Below the pieces are notes generated by a model, which was not told the DNA's origin, searched no databases, and saw nothing but the letters and a program-made list of their open reading frames with translations. Of a DNA stretch of 64,000 nt, positions 1 through 13,301 are shown one piece after another. A program made the position numbers and the translations under genes. This stretch comes from Camelus ferus. Its lineage: Eukaryota. The stretch spans positions 89,344,001 through 89,408,000 of the forward strand of contig NC_045697.1 in the NCBI RefSeq assembly GCF_009834535.1, written 5' to 3'. The first letter of the stretch is position 1; every line of letters begins with the position of its first letter.

Positions 1-887
1 TATGTACAAAACCAGCAGTACATAACTGTATACTACACATTGGTTATGAATCTGGTTGGATGGTCCAGCAGGGGACAGAAACCTGAAAAATTTCATAACT
101 ATAGTTGTTATCCATCCACCCCAGCCCCCAACATACATACAAAAAATCATTAATCTAAAAAAAAACCAAGAAAAGATTATTTTATACTCCCCCACCTATC
201 TGAATACTGTCTTAAACTCCCCAAAATGAGAGAAACTGGAGCTAAAAGTAAGTGAAGACTACTAATACAATTCAGCTCTTTTCCTTGTCATATGTTGTGT
301 TGACTTGGAAACTGAAACAGGCTTGATCACTGGATCAAGCTGTGAGAAACAAGAAAGCAGAGGTGGAGAAAATATGTACATAGAACTATAGCTCAGTCTC
401 TGTGCCTTATTCCTTGCGGCTTCCCCAATGGTCATGAACTACAGGTACCTGCTCGGCAAACATATTTAACACTGCTCCAGGAGTCATCCCTGTGATGACT
501 TTCATTACACATCCAAAAGACAAGCCTAAATGTGTTTATGTGTTTTTGCTTTTATTACAATGGAGAGTCCCATTTAGTAAGTTAAGAATTCTCCATCCGG
601 ACCAAAAGAGCAATTTGAAAAATAAATATATCTATGTAATTAAATTCCAAAAATGAGAGCATTTGAAAATGTGTTGTTTAATTTACAAATATAACAAATT
701 TCTCTACATGGAACTAAATTACTTATTATAGTATATAATATATTTCTTTTCAGCTTTCCATGGAATGTAGGCATTTTCCAAGAATGAGCTTTATGAATGA
801 AGCCATCTATATAATGCCACCTTTTTATAGGACTCCAATAGTAATAAGGCAGTATACAGTCAACAGTATTTTAAACAAAGAGCATAG

Positions 888-1100
888 TTCATTCATTTAA
901 TAGGTATTTATAATTGGTATTTTTTCCAGGCTAGAAACACAGCATTATAAAACCAAATCTTTGCCCCCGTGGAAATTACACTCTAGTTGGGATAGATATG
1001 TAATAATAATTTAAAATATATTTGATATGTTATATGAATGTTACTATGGACATAAAGGTGGCCAAATTAGGACTCAGTGAGAAGTTGGAATTTTAATAAA
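888..1100 (-). mobile_element. L2 LINE 3' end fragment, highly decayed
   Basis: TTCATTCATTTAATAGGTATTTA...GGCTAGAAACACAGC...GGAAATTACACTCTAGTTGGGA resembles the reverse complement of the L2 3' terminus. Confidence 0.5.
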
Positions 1101-1229
1101 ATTTTCAGGAGGGGAGGGAGCCAGCCTGCAGCCAATATGTCTGTCCAATAGTGAGTCTCAGATTTGCTCCAGCAGGTCCGTTTGCCTCTGTTCTGACTGA
1201 CTGAAGACAGTGAAGTAACAGTTCTTAAA

Positions 1230-1590
1230 TATTTTGGGTATCATTCCTAAGTAGACATCCATTGTTTTCCCAGCAGCCACCCCTGCCTTTTTTTTTTTTT
1301 TTTTCTTGGACTAGCAACCCTTCTCTCTGAATCCTAAATCCATCTTTCTTAGTCCAGAAATGATAAACCCAGGATTAAAGTTCAGCCAAAACCTGGCTGA
1401 TCATAGACCTTCCCAGGTTTTTAACCATAGATTTAAGAAAAGGTTCTCAGTGTCCTTCTATGGGCAAAGTAGTGATGTATAGAGTATAGTAACCTCTGCG
1501 AGCTATATATATAAACAGATCTTCCTCTTGTTGTGTGCCTGGTTGAAGTTGAATTTATGTAACTTGTAAAAAGTAATTTTAAATAACTCA
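1230..1590 (+). mobile_element. Old MaLR (MLT1-type) LTR remnant
   Basis: Ends in ...GGTTGAAGTTGAATTTATGTAACTTGTAAAAAG, resembling the MLT1 3' motif GTTTGAGTTGGGTTTCTGTCACTTGCAAC; boundaries approximate. Confidence 0.4.
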
Positions 1591-2189
1591 ATCAAATAGC
1601 CACTGTGGTAATATCTGTAAAGTAAACACTGTTAGGATATCTCAAAATTACTCCAGAGAAATCTGATTTAATTACAGATCTAAAGCAGAGAGCACTCACT
1701 ATCACATAAACCATTACATTTAATCCTTGCAAAACTCACATGTGGCTTACTTCACCTGGGTGACTTTCCAAATTCATACATGCAACAATTAAATTGCAAA
1801 ATCATGATTCAAACTGAGATTCCAAAGCTAAACTACTAAAGCATAGTATTAATGATTACTAGGTTGCCAGAATTTGGTAGAAAATTTATTGTTTACTTGT
1901 GTTTTTTTTAATTCTATACATATTTGTTGAGAAATCAAAGATGAGGAAGTAATAATAATAAAAATAAAATGCTGTGATATTTCAGATAAAGTGGAAGTTG
2001 GCACTTAGACAACTCTGCAAGTATTCTACATTATTATGCTCTTATTGTAGTCTGTGAGAGTGTTTCTCCTTCCTTCCAGTCAGACTTCTGTTTTTCAATC
2101 TTACTACAAATGTGACAGAGAATTTTTTCCAGAGTTGACTTTCAGCCCCATATAAAATTTGACTAGCTTAACAATTATACAAAGCCTTA

Positions 2190-2370
2190 GAAAGTGACTT
2201 TATTATACAGTTCTGTTCTCCTTGCTCAGTGATATGGACAGTTTTCTCAATGTATAGAAAACAAATTAGTGTTCATATGTTTTAGAAATGATTACTCAAA
2301 GCAATTTAGTTGACAAGTGACAGAACCAGAACCATAATCCAAGTAGTCTCTTAGCTTCATAGTCTCTCTA
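2190..2370 (-). mobile_element. MIR SINE remnant
   Basis: AAATGATTACTCAAAG...CAAGTGACAGAACCAGAACCATAATCCAAGTAGTCT resembles the MIR core on the minus strand. Confidence 0.45.
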
Positions 2371-3479
2371 CTTAAAAGTATGCAAATGTATTATATTTTA
2401 AAGTCTTATGAATTGGTGATCATTTTTTGTTTTGTTTACTTTTTAATCTGCTATCTATCATTTGGTCACTCTTTTGGGAGTTAGCTTTGAGCAACAGGAG
2501 TAGAAAAATTACTTAAATGTCTGTTGTTTCAAGGAACAGACACTAAGACCTGCCCAAATACAGAATACTGAAAAGGAAACGGAAAGTTTGCAGGAAAGAA
2601 GACACATGTGACTTTTGGAGGATTTAATGTATCAGGATGTGAGGCAGCAACTGTCTGTGTCTGTTCCAGAGAAGAAATGCAGTGTCTTTTCTACCTGAGA
2701 CTGCAACCTGAGGATTTGATTTCTCTACTGACTCATAGTCTGTGTCTGTCCTTTGCTTTACTTGGGTTTATTGTGGTACTGTCTCAAGCCTTGACTCTCA
2801 GTGGAACTTCAGCTCCAGAGCCTACAGCTATATGTGTTTCTGAGTAGATTTTTTTTTTTTCTTTTAAAGATCAGACTGCTTCTTAGCCAATCAGTTTGTT
2901 GACTCTCTTTAGGTAAAATATAAACTCTGGTCTAATTTGATATGTCCAGAAGGATGAGTCCAATAACATACACATGGGTGTCCCAGCATATCTTTTACAA
3001 ATAATTTGGCCTTTCAGAGGGAGTTATATAAAGGATTATGAAATTTTGTTAGTTGAGAAAAATTTACCTTAGAACTTTATTTTCCCTAAGAGGATGTGTA
3101 ATCCACATACATGTCTGTACTCTTCTCTTTACTTTTCCCCAGTAGACACTTTCAATGCTTCCAGATGAAGGGGCTCAGAAAACGTTTGGTAAATGTATTC
3201 CTCTGGATAAGGTCAAACTGTTTTGCACCTAAGGAATTTCTAATAAAATCAATAGCCAGAATGAAATTTTATAGAAACAAAAACATGTGAACCATGACTG
3301 ACAAAGCTATGTGAGGTGTGACTGACATAAACATTAGCCAAGATTTCTTGGGAGCAGATCAGCTAAGTCTGGGCAAAACTACTATGCTTATAGCAGATTA
3401 AAAGTATGGATCGTTCAGAACTGACTAGCAGCTTATGATTATCATGGATTTTATTTTCTTAACGTTTCATCTATAAATA

Positions 3480-4165
3480 ATAGGATTATAGATACATTGC
3501 AAAATAGCTCAGCGAATCCCTGCCTACACTTTACACTGAGATTCCCCAGATATGAACAGTTTACCACATAAAATACATAGAGACTATGGAATTTTCTGAA
3601 CCATTTAAAAGTAAATGATGGACAGGACTCCTTCTGCCCCTAAACAATTTCCTAGAAACAAGGACAGTCTTGCATGACCAAAGTACAATTACAAATATCA
3701 GAAAGTCACCACCGACATAATAGAATTATCTAATCTGTAGATCTTATTCAAATTTTGAAAATTTCTCCATAATATCCTTCACCTGGTCAAGAATCTAATA
3801 CAATCACATGTTTCATTGAGCTGTGATACTGTTTAATCTTCTTTAATTTGGAACAGGTCTTTAGATTGTCTTTCATGGCCTTAGCTCTTATGAGGAATAT
3901 ACAGTGTCTCTCAGTTTAGTTTTGTCTGATATTTCCTCATGGTTGTATTCAGAGTTTGTATTTTGATGGAGTATCACAGAAGTGATTTTGTATTCTTCTC
4001 AGTATATCATACCAGAAGACTTGATCTTGATTTGACCCATTACTAATTATTTTAAATTGATCATTTGGTGACGGTGGTAACTGCAAGAATTCTCTACTAT
4101 AAAGTTACTATATTGCCTTTGGACTCAATTAGTATACGGGAGGGGGTGGAGATACTTTGTGACTA
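3480..4165 (-). mobile_element. Ancient L1 3' UTR (L1MC4/L1MC5-like)
   Basis: Motifs TTTTCTGAACCATTTAAAAGTAA, TTCCTAGAAACAAGGACA, GTTTTGTCTGATATTTCCTCATG, CTATAAAGTTACT and GGAGATACTTTGTGACTA are typical of L1MC 3' ends. Confidence 0.7.
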
Positions 4166-4267
4166 CATTTAACTTTCGAACAATGCAGGGTTAGGGTCCC
4201 CCACCATCCAGGCAGTCAAAAATCCATGTATAATTTATAACTAACCCTTCAAATCTGAGGTTACTTT

Positions 4268-6106
4268 CTTTTTTTAATTGAAATCTAGTCAGTTCACAAT
4301 GTTGTGTCAATTTCTGGTGTACAGCGTAATGCTTCAGTCATACATATACATACATGTATTTGTTTTCATATTCTTTTTCATTATAGGTTACTACAAGGTA
4401 TTGAATATAGTTGCCTGTGGTATATGGTATAAACTTGTTGTTTATCTATTTTATATATAGTAAGTAGTATCTGCACATCTTGAACTCCCAATTTATCCCT
4501 TCCCATCCTCTTTCCCCCTTGGTAACCATGAGTTTGTTTTCTATGTCTCTGAGTCTGTTTCTGTTTTGTAAATAAGTTCATTTGTGTCTTTTTGTTTTTT
4601 GAGCTTCCACATACAAGTGATATCGTATGGTATTTTTCTTTCTCTTTCTGGCTTACTTCACTTAGAATGACTATCTCTAGATCCATTGATGTTGCTGAAA
4701 ATGGCATTGTTTTATTCTTTTTCATGGTGGGGTCGTATTCCATTGTATAAATATACCACAACTTCTTTATCCAGTCATCGGTTGATGCACATTTAAATTG
4801 TATGCATGTCTTGGCTATTGTAAATAGAACCCTGGGATGCATGTATCTTTTTGAATTAGAGTCCCCTCCTGAATATATGTCTGGAGTGTGATTGCTGGAT
4901 CATGTGGTTAAGTCTCTTTTTAGCTTTTTGAGAAATCTCCATACTGTTTTCCATAATGCCTGCACTATGATTCCCACCAACAGTGTAAGAGGGTTCCCTT
5001 TTCTCTACACCCTCTCCAGCATTTATTGTTTGTGGACTTTTTAATGGTGGCCATTCTGACTGATGTGAGGTGATACTTCATTGTAGTTCTTATTTGCATT
5101 TCTCTGATAATTACTGATATTGAGCATTTTTTCATGTGCCTACTGGCCATTTCTATGTCTTCACTGGAGAATTGCTTATTTAGGTCTCCTGCCCATTTAT
5201 GGATTAGGTTTTTTGGTTTTTTTGTTTTTAAGTTGTTTGCACTGTTTATAGATTCTGGAAATTAAGCCCTTGTCTGTTGCATCATTGGCAAATATTTTCT
5301 CCCATTCTGTAGGTTGTTGTTTTGTTTTGCTTATGGTTTCCTTTGCTTTGCAAAAGCTTATATGTTTAATTAGGTCCCATTTGTTCATTTTTGCTTTTAT
5401 TTCTATTGCCTGGGTAGACTGCCCTAGGAGAACATAGCTAAGATTTATATCAGAAAATGTTTTGCCTGTGTTTTCTTCTGAGAGGTTTATAGTGTCTTGT
5501 TTTATGTTTATGTCTTTAGGCCGTTTTGAGTTAATTTTTGTGTATGGTGTGAGGGAGTGTTCTAAATTCATTTATTTACATGCAGCTGTCCCATTTTCCC
5601 AACATGAATTGCTGAAGAGACAGTCTTTTCTCCATTGTATATTCTTGCCTCCTTTTTTGAAGATTAATTGACTGTCAGTTTGTGGGTCTATTTTTGGGCT
5701 CTCTATTCTGTTCCATTGATCCCTATGTCTATTTTTATGCAAGTACAATGCTGTTTTGATTATGGTAGCTTGTAGTATTGTCTGAAGTCTGGGAGGGTTA
5801 TTCCTTCAGCTTCATTCTTTTTCTTCAATATTGCTTTGGCAATTCTGGGTCTTTAGTGAATCCATATAAATTTTAGGATCATTTGTTCTAGTTTGGTGAA
5901 AAATGACTTGGGTAATTTAATAGGGATTGCATTAAGTCTGTAGATTGCTTTGGGTAGTATGGCCATTTTAACAATATTGATTCTTCCAATCCAAGGGCAT
6001 GGAATATCTTTCCATTTCTTTAATACATCTTTAATTTCCTTAAGCAGTGTTTTGTAGTGCTCCATGCATAAGTCTTTCACCTACTTGGTCAGTTTATTCC
6101 TAGGTA

Positions 6107-6146
<40 letters not shown>

Positions 6147-7332
6147 GTGATTTTAAAAGGGATTCTTTCTTTACATACCTTTTTTTTGATAACTCATTGT
6201 TAGTGTGAAGAGATGCAATTGATTTCTGTATGTTAATCTTGTATCCTGCTACCTTGCTGAATTCTTTTATCACCTCTAGTCATTTTTGTTTGGAGCCTTT
6301 AGAGTTTTCTATATATAATATCATGTCATCTGCATACAGTGACAATTTTACTTCTTCTCTTACAATTTGGATCTCTTTTATTTCTTTCTCTTGCCTCATT
6401 GCTATCAATAGGACTTCCAGTACTATGTTGAATAGAAGTGGTGAGAGTTGGCATCCTTGTCTTTTCCAAATTTTAGTAGGAACACTTTCAGCTTTTCACC
6501 ATTGAGTATTACGCTGGTTGTGGGTTTATCATAAATAGCTTTTATTATGTTGAGATATGTTCCCTCTATAGTCACTTTGGTAAGAGTTTTTATCATAAAT
6601 GGGTGTTGAATTTTATCAAATGCTTTTCTGCATCTATTGAGATAATCATAAGTTTTTTGTCCTATCCTTTGTTGATGTGATGTATCATGTTGATTAATTT
6701 GTGTATGTTGAGCCATCGTTGTGTCCCTGGGATGAATCCAACTTGATTGTAGTATAAGATCTTTTTTATGTGTTGTTGAATTCTGTTTGCTAATATTTTG
6801 TTGAGAATTTTTGCATCTATGTTCACCAACGATATTGGCCTATAGCTTTCTTTTTTGGTGGTGTCTTTGTCTAGCTTTGGTATCAGGGTGATGATGGCTT
6901 CATAGAATGAGTTGGAGAGTATTCCTTCCTCTTCAGTCTTTTGGAAGCGTTTGAGAAGGATTGGTATGAGCTCTTCTTTGTATGTTTGATAGAATTCCCC
7001 AGTGAAACCACCTGGTCCTGGACTTTTCTTTTTGCAGGGAGGTTTTTTATTGCTGATTCTATTTCACTTCTAGTGATTGGTCTGTTCAAATAATCTTTTT
7101 CTTCTTGATTCAGTTTGGTGGACTCATATTTCTAGAAACTTGTCCCCCCCTTCTAGTTTGTCCAATCTGTTGCCATGTAGTTGTTCATAGTATTCTCTCA
7201 TGGTTTTTTTTTTTTTTAATTTCTCTGGTGTTGGTTGGAATTTCTCCATTTTCCTTTCTTATTTTATTTATTTATGTTCTCTCTCTTTTCTTCTTGTTGA
7301 GCCTGGCCAGAAGTTTGTAAATTTTGTTTACT
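4268..7332 (-). mobile_element. 5'-truncated lineage-specific L1 (~3.07 kb; ORF2 RT/C-terminal region and 3' UTR), inactivated
   Basis: Minus-strand ORF2p fragments: [77 protein letters not shown]. Poly(T) at 4269-4275. TSD TGAGGTT(A/T)CTTT at 4256-4267 and 7333-7344. Multiple frameshifts. Confidence 0.97.
6109..6144 (+). repeat. (TG)n microsatellite inside L1 ORF2
   Basis: About 18 perfect TG units. Confidence 0.95.
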
Positions 7333-8461
7333 TGAGGTTTCTTTATATCCAGTTCTGCATCCTCAGATTCAACCAATTCTGGATCAGATCATGTACCACC
7401 AAAATATTTACTTTTGAAAAAAATCTGAATATAAGTGGACCCATGCAGTTCAAATCCATGGTGTTCAAGGGTCAACTGCATTTGACACTTTCTTTCAATT
7501 TCATTTCATTTTTTTTTTCTGTTTTAGTTTAGTTGTGCTTTTGTTTGTTTGTTTGTTTTTCCCTCTTCTGTTCTTTTTCTCCAAGTGACAATTCAAGTGT
7601 TAGATTTTACCCATGTATTCAGCAGTGTCACACTAAGCAATGCTGTTATCAGCAATTCTGAAAATAGCCGAAACTTGTTTAATTTCACTGATCACTTTTC
7701 CCTGGGAAACAATACGGCTTTTGCCTTTATGGGCCCCATTCTTGCCTTTGATCTGAGATTATCTTTACATGGGCTCCTTTCCCCCATCTGAATCCATACA
7801 GGAGCAAATTCTTTAAACAAACTTCCCAAGTTATTCTTTGTGGTTTACTTGAAATTTTTATTCTCTGCAGCATAATTCACCTGTGTAGAATCACATTTTC
7901 CCTGATTCAATAGTAGTAAATGCCTCTTAACCTCATTATGGCTTTGAGTCTTTATATTTCTTATATCAGTAATATGGCAGAATCTACAAAGATAGATGGA
8001 ATAATGTTTTAAAACCAAGGTATGGAAATATTTATTTAATGAAAAACCTTGCCCTAATCTGAGACTAAAAGTGATGATTTAAGGAGATGTGTGCTATTTT
8101 ATATTATGGTATCACATCCCCTAAGCCTATCTCTAGGGCACTACAACCTCTATTTATAAATGTAAGCTACAGGATGTTCAAAGTGTTTGCCAAACTGCTT
8201 GGGTCAGCATATTTCAGGTTTATCTGGTCTTGGGGTAGCATAGCCAGTGAGTGTATCAATCTTGCTGGAGTTCTGAAGTGGGCAAGTCTGGAATACATAC
8301 AGAATAGCCACAATGGGTTTAAATAAGTAAGGACTTAGAGATTATTGTATTGGACATTTTAAATACAGTCATTAATAGATTTCGCTTGAGAATATTATAT
8401 AAACTTAGTTGATAAAGCATTGTCATGGTTTGAAAAGACCGACTCCAGTTTGTGTGACTCA

Positions 8462-8513
8462 CTTAATTGTGGTAGTTTGGAACTGAACCTGCAATATCTC
8501 CATTGTTTGCCTG
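8462..8513 (+). mobile_element. Tigger1 terminal fragment
   Basis: TTGTGGTAGTTTGGAACTGAACCTGCAATATCTCCATTGTTTGCCTG matches the Tigger1 end (..GGAACCGAACCCGCAATATCTCCGAGGTATGCCTG). Confidence 0.7.
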
Positions 8514-8529
8514 TGTTAGTCCATAGGAA

Positions 8530-8932
8530 CTAAAACAAAAGAAACAAAACAAAAAACTATGTATCTCATAGATACAGGGAACAGATTGGTGGTGGCCGGA
8601 GGCAGGGCAGTGGGCAGATTGTCCAAATGGGTGCAGGGAGTTAAAAGGTACAAATGTATACAATAAATAAGTCATAGGGAAGTAATCTACAGCTCGGTTA
8701 GTATAGTTAGTAACACTGTATTTTGTATTTGAACGTTGTTAAGAGAGTAGATCTTAAAAGTTCTCATGACAAGAAAAAAATAAGAAAAAATGTGGAACTA
8801 CATATGGGGACAGATATTAACTAGACTTTTTGTGGTAATCAATTTGCATTATGTTTAAATATTGAATCATTATGTTTTACACCTGAAACTAATATAATAT
8901 TGCATGTCAATTATACCTCAGTTAAAAAAAAA
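8530..8932 (+). mobile_element. L1 3' UTR (L1MA8-10-like) with poly(A)
   Basis: GAACAGATTGGTGGTGGCC...AAGAGAGTAGATCTTAAAAGTTCTCA...ACACCTGAAACTAATATAATATTGCATGTCAATTATACCTCAGTTAAAAAAAAA. Confidence 0.88.
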
Positions 8933-11900
8933 TTGTGTATCAAGTTGACTATATGGTAGACTTATTAGTATTCCCTGACAGAGCAAAAACCTGTCCTCCT
9001 TTATTTATGTACTCAGTGTATTTTTGAACTCTAACTTGTGCAGTACAGTCTGGAATGATTAGGATAATAGAGGTACTCAAGCAAAGGAGCTTCCTGAAAA
9101 TTGGCTATTTGTGAACCAAATGTGGAGGTTTCGTTCACTTAAAGTCTTCAGGGCATAATGAGAAAATATGAGTCTCAAAAAAAGAAATGGAAATGTACCA
9201 GTATCCTATCATGGCAGAAACAAGCAGACTTCTATTTTTCTAGTTTTATTCTTTTCTGGCCAATAAATAGAACTTCAGTCCTTTAAAAAAAAATCATAAT
9301 AGTACTAAAATACTAGAAAATTATTGACCCTGATGTAAAAATGTGGAAAATTTCATCTATAGTCATCAAATCCTAGAATCATATGTGCTCAACACTCAAA
9401 GGAACATTGAAAGCCATCTTGTTATTCCACCCCTGTGGTGGAGATTTGGTTGAGTACTATGTAACCTTATATGCTATTATCTCTGTGCATTTGTGTGTTC
9501 TTTTCTACAGAGATAAGTAATGTTTTAGAGAGTCTAAGCAGATTTTTATGACAATGATTCTTCTCTGAGATAATATATGGAAATATTTTGCATCTAATTT
9601 TAGTTCTGCAAAAGGTCATTAGGATATCACCTTTGTCTTGGTGGGACAAACCAAAAGTTTACTAACCTCTGTTGAATAAGCTAGTATTACCACATTCTTA
9701 TGCTGCTTTTTGTCTGTACTTTATGAGTCTGCACATGTAAATCCATAAAAACCAAAGAGAAAAATCTATCCCTAGCACTTCAGTACTGATTATTAACATA
9801 ATTCCACTGATGCACTTGTGTCTAGAGGAGCTCAACACTCAAGATGCATAATTTGAATTGACTTTGCTTAGAAATATGGTTCAAATAGTCAAGGAAGAGT
9901 AAAAGCAAAGTCCAGACTGTGGAATTTTATCCTGGCACTGTATATTTTAATAATTGTAGATTCAAAAGTGAGCTTATATATAAAATTCCAACATATTAAA
10001 TCTAAAGGAGGCTGATATCAATTAGTATAGTATGTATTACAAAATAGGGTAATTAATAATTACTTTCTAGCTTTGATGTCTACAGAAAATCTTTAGCAAC
10101 AATGATCTATTTCCAGTCCTTTTAAACCCTTTTACAAAGTGCTAAATTTGACAAGGCATTGCTCTGCTGACCGTGTACAGTAAATAACCAAAGCATGGAA
10201 TGTATCATTGGAGGACCTACTGTTGATGAAATCATCATGATTTTTATAGTCTGGCTCACTTTTACAAGCAGAAGTGCTGCAAGGGTCAAAGCCCTGTTTC
10301 ATGTCATATGGCAGTTGAACGAAGCTGGACACCCACCGTGAGACACTGAGGTGGCCAGCTGGCATGGTGGCAGCTCCGCAGTAGTGTCTTGCCCACCCAC
10401 ATGGTGTTTTTAAACCAGTAAATAAAGAACACAACAGTAGTTTTGTAAAATTACCAACTATAAACAATTAACTCATTAAAGTATTGACAACAAAAAGAGA
10501 GAAATTGCCGTGAATCTTAAATATGCTGGAAGAATAAGACCTTTCCAAATGCAATGAACTGGCCAGAAAAAGAAAAAAAAAAAAAAACACCTCTTAAAAT
10601 GCTATATGAGACAACATAGTCTTCTACTTTCAAGTTTTAGCCAAGAAATTGCAGAAGAGAATTAGATGTAACTACCAGTTTTAGCCATAATATTAACATG
10701 TAAAACACCACAGGGTATCTTCAGGACCTTTCTTTGGTATTCTAAGAAACAAGCACTCTGTGAAGTAGAGCAGGCTATATATTAAGTGGTCTGACATAGA
10801 GCACTTATGTCATGCTCCAATTTCAGAACCTAATACCAAACCCTGACATTCTAATAAATGAAAACTAGTGGGTAGCTAGAATGATTTAAATCATTTGGAC
10901 CTCTCTAGTCTACACGTTTACTTGTTTAAAAAAATATTAATTACACTTGAAAAAAAACTTTATTGTGTTTTCTAAATTGATTAATGGAGGTGTTAGTAAT
11001 TGTTTTTGTTCTTGAAATAATAAAATAACTAAATTTAAAGAGTTATTTTAACCAAAATAATAAACATGAGGTGAAAAAATTGTTTTGGATTAGCTCAGGG
11101 GTGGGCCAAATACTTCCGTATAGAGACTACATTTTCTGTGATTAAAGTTTCTAGAAAATTTCACAGGTAAGAAATAATTTTTCAAGTGTTGTTTTTTTTA
11201 CATAAAGAACTCAGATGCTCTACAACTTTAAGTTCCATTTAATCTGTTGTTCTTTTTCAGCAACCACTGTTTAATTTTCATTTGTAGGACATTTCGCACA
11301 TATCACTGCATGATATTTCTGCTGGCTTACTTAGTAAACTATCTGCAAGTTTTTCAAATAAGCTAGAAATTGTGATTCCTAGTGAATGCATGTGATCACC
11401 AAGATAAAAGATAATCAAATAAAAATATTCGTTAAAAATAGTCCAGACTCTACCACAAGAGTAAATTATTGACCCTTTATCCCTCTGTTCTGAGGTTTTT
11501 TTAGATAGTGAGAAGAGCTCAATGAAATTTAAATGTTCTCAAAGATTCACTTGGTCACAAATTTTTTCCTACAGTCCTCTACAGTGCAGACTGCCTCCTC
11601 CAGAGCCTCAAATAATCAAGTTTTGTTTGTTTGTTTTTACAACAGCAGTAACCATGCAAAAGTGGAAGTTGTGAGGATTGAAGGAAGGGGGAAAAGAGGG
11701 TCGAGCAAATTTGTCTTCTATTAACACATTTTAACTATAATTAGCATATTAATATGATTCTCTTATATCAAATTACTTTCTCAGCATATCAAAAATGTCC
11801 TACCTCCCTCTAAGTGAGGCTCAGATTATAAATTCCCCCAGTTAGGATACAACCTTGGAATCTGCCTGGGACTATGGATAGAGACAATGGAGAAAGTGAA

Positions 11901-13008
11901 ATGGAATTCTAGGTGATGCGACTTCAGGAAGCAAAGAATAGGTTGAAATGGCCAATGTTTGGGGGCAAAAGCACTGTCTGCTGAGACAAAAGTAAGAGGA
12001 CAAGAAGGTAGCATCTAGAAAATTTACTGAGAAAAGGTTCCCAGGGAACTGCAGATTTTGTGGTGTGCTACCTCAAAGTTGAAAGAAATATTTCTTAAAT
12101 ATACAAAATTTGGACCGATAATCAAAAATGAAACAGAAGGACTGTAATATTGACTGAGTGTAGGAAGGGGGAGAGGAATGAGACTACAAGAAGCTGAGAT
12201 GCAAGGTGAATGTAATATGGAAGAAAAATGTTTGGTGGTCAGCCCACAAGCATGCACTGAACTCTACCAGCTGAGAGCAAATGTGAAGGCAGGCACCCAA
12301 GGAAGGCTCGGCATTTTTATAGGGTAGACTTAGCTTTGTCACATGGAACAAGACGACTGAAAATAGAATTGGGAAATCTGAATTTTAACCCAGATTTTTA
12401 AATTATCTGGAAAATAATTTGGAAAAATTACCTTACTAGGATGACATATCACCATTGGGAAATAGTATGTAAAAAGATAAATATGAAGGCATATCCAGTT
12501 CCTAAATTCAATGTCAATAAAATGGGGTGGAGTAAAAGAGAGGATCCCCAATATGAATATTACCACATTCAGAATATTGCTTAGGTAAATTGTGTATTTT
12601 GTACACATTTTCCACTTTGAAATGACTTCATCAATGATGTCATATAGTGATTGGATTTAATCAGTATTGTTTTAAACTCTTTTTCTACCACCCCAGTGGA
12701 AACAAAGAGTACATTTTTTAACTGTGTAAATTTGAAACTAGACATTTTTTCTTCTTTTTTGTGATATGTATCCTTAAGTGGTTTAAAACAGTCATTAGTT
12801 CTGATTTATGCCTTGTATATACAGAAAGTAAACTATTCTCTCACTGTAGTAGTTTCCAAGATACCATTTTGTAAATGACAAAGTATTGAGTTAACAAAAG
12901 AAACTGAAGTCATTAATAAGGAAAACTGCTTTTCTGGAAACCCAAACATCTGAACAGCTAAGCTCTGAATAGAAATAAGCAATTTAAAGTTTTATGATAA
13001 GACAAATA

Positions 13009-13301
13009 TGTTACTATGACACCGCTGGAGGTAGATATGAATTTAAATTTTCCCCTGGGAGGGGGAATCGCCTGCAGAGGGAATCCATCAGTCTAGGGTG
13101 TAGACTGGGAAGAAGAGCTGACAGAGGAATGTTCTCTCTCATTTAAGGGAGGGAGCTGGGAGCTGATCCCATAGTCATTAAAGAAAGATCCTGTCCCTAA
13201 ATAAAAATTTAAATATTCACAATCTATGGTCTCTGAATTCCTTATTCAGGGTCATCTTTTTGGGGTCCACTTGTAGGATTTTTTCTCCCTAGGAAAGAAC
13301 A
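13009..13301 (+). mobile_element. Possible old solo LTR
   Basis: Bounded by TG...CA, richer in GC than its flanks, with AATAAA at ~13200 followed by a T/G-rich U5-like tract; family not recognised. Confidence 0.3.

Larger units (their letters stand above)
4166..7478. mobile_element. Tigger2-family (TcMar) MITE, split by an L1 insertion into 4166-4267 and 7333-7478
   Basis: Right TIR GTGTTCAAGGGTCAACTG (7461-7478). Decayed left TIR CATTTAACTTTCGAACAA after a TA at 4164-4165. Internal AGGGTTAGGG...CAGTCAAAAATCCATGTATAA and ATAAGTGGACCCATGCAGTTCAAA match Tigger2/MER8-type ends. Confidence 0.8.

Noticed and set aside
4381..7089. ORFs of 60-153 aa with reverse-transcriptase-family similarity
   Set aside because: Frameshifted pieces of one dead L1 ORF2, not a host gene or an active element
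9318..11476. AAATTATTGACCCT present twice (9318 and 11463)
   Set aside because: AT-rich 14-mer matches are expected by chance in 64 kb, with no further homology
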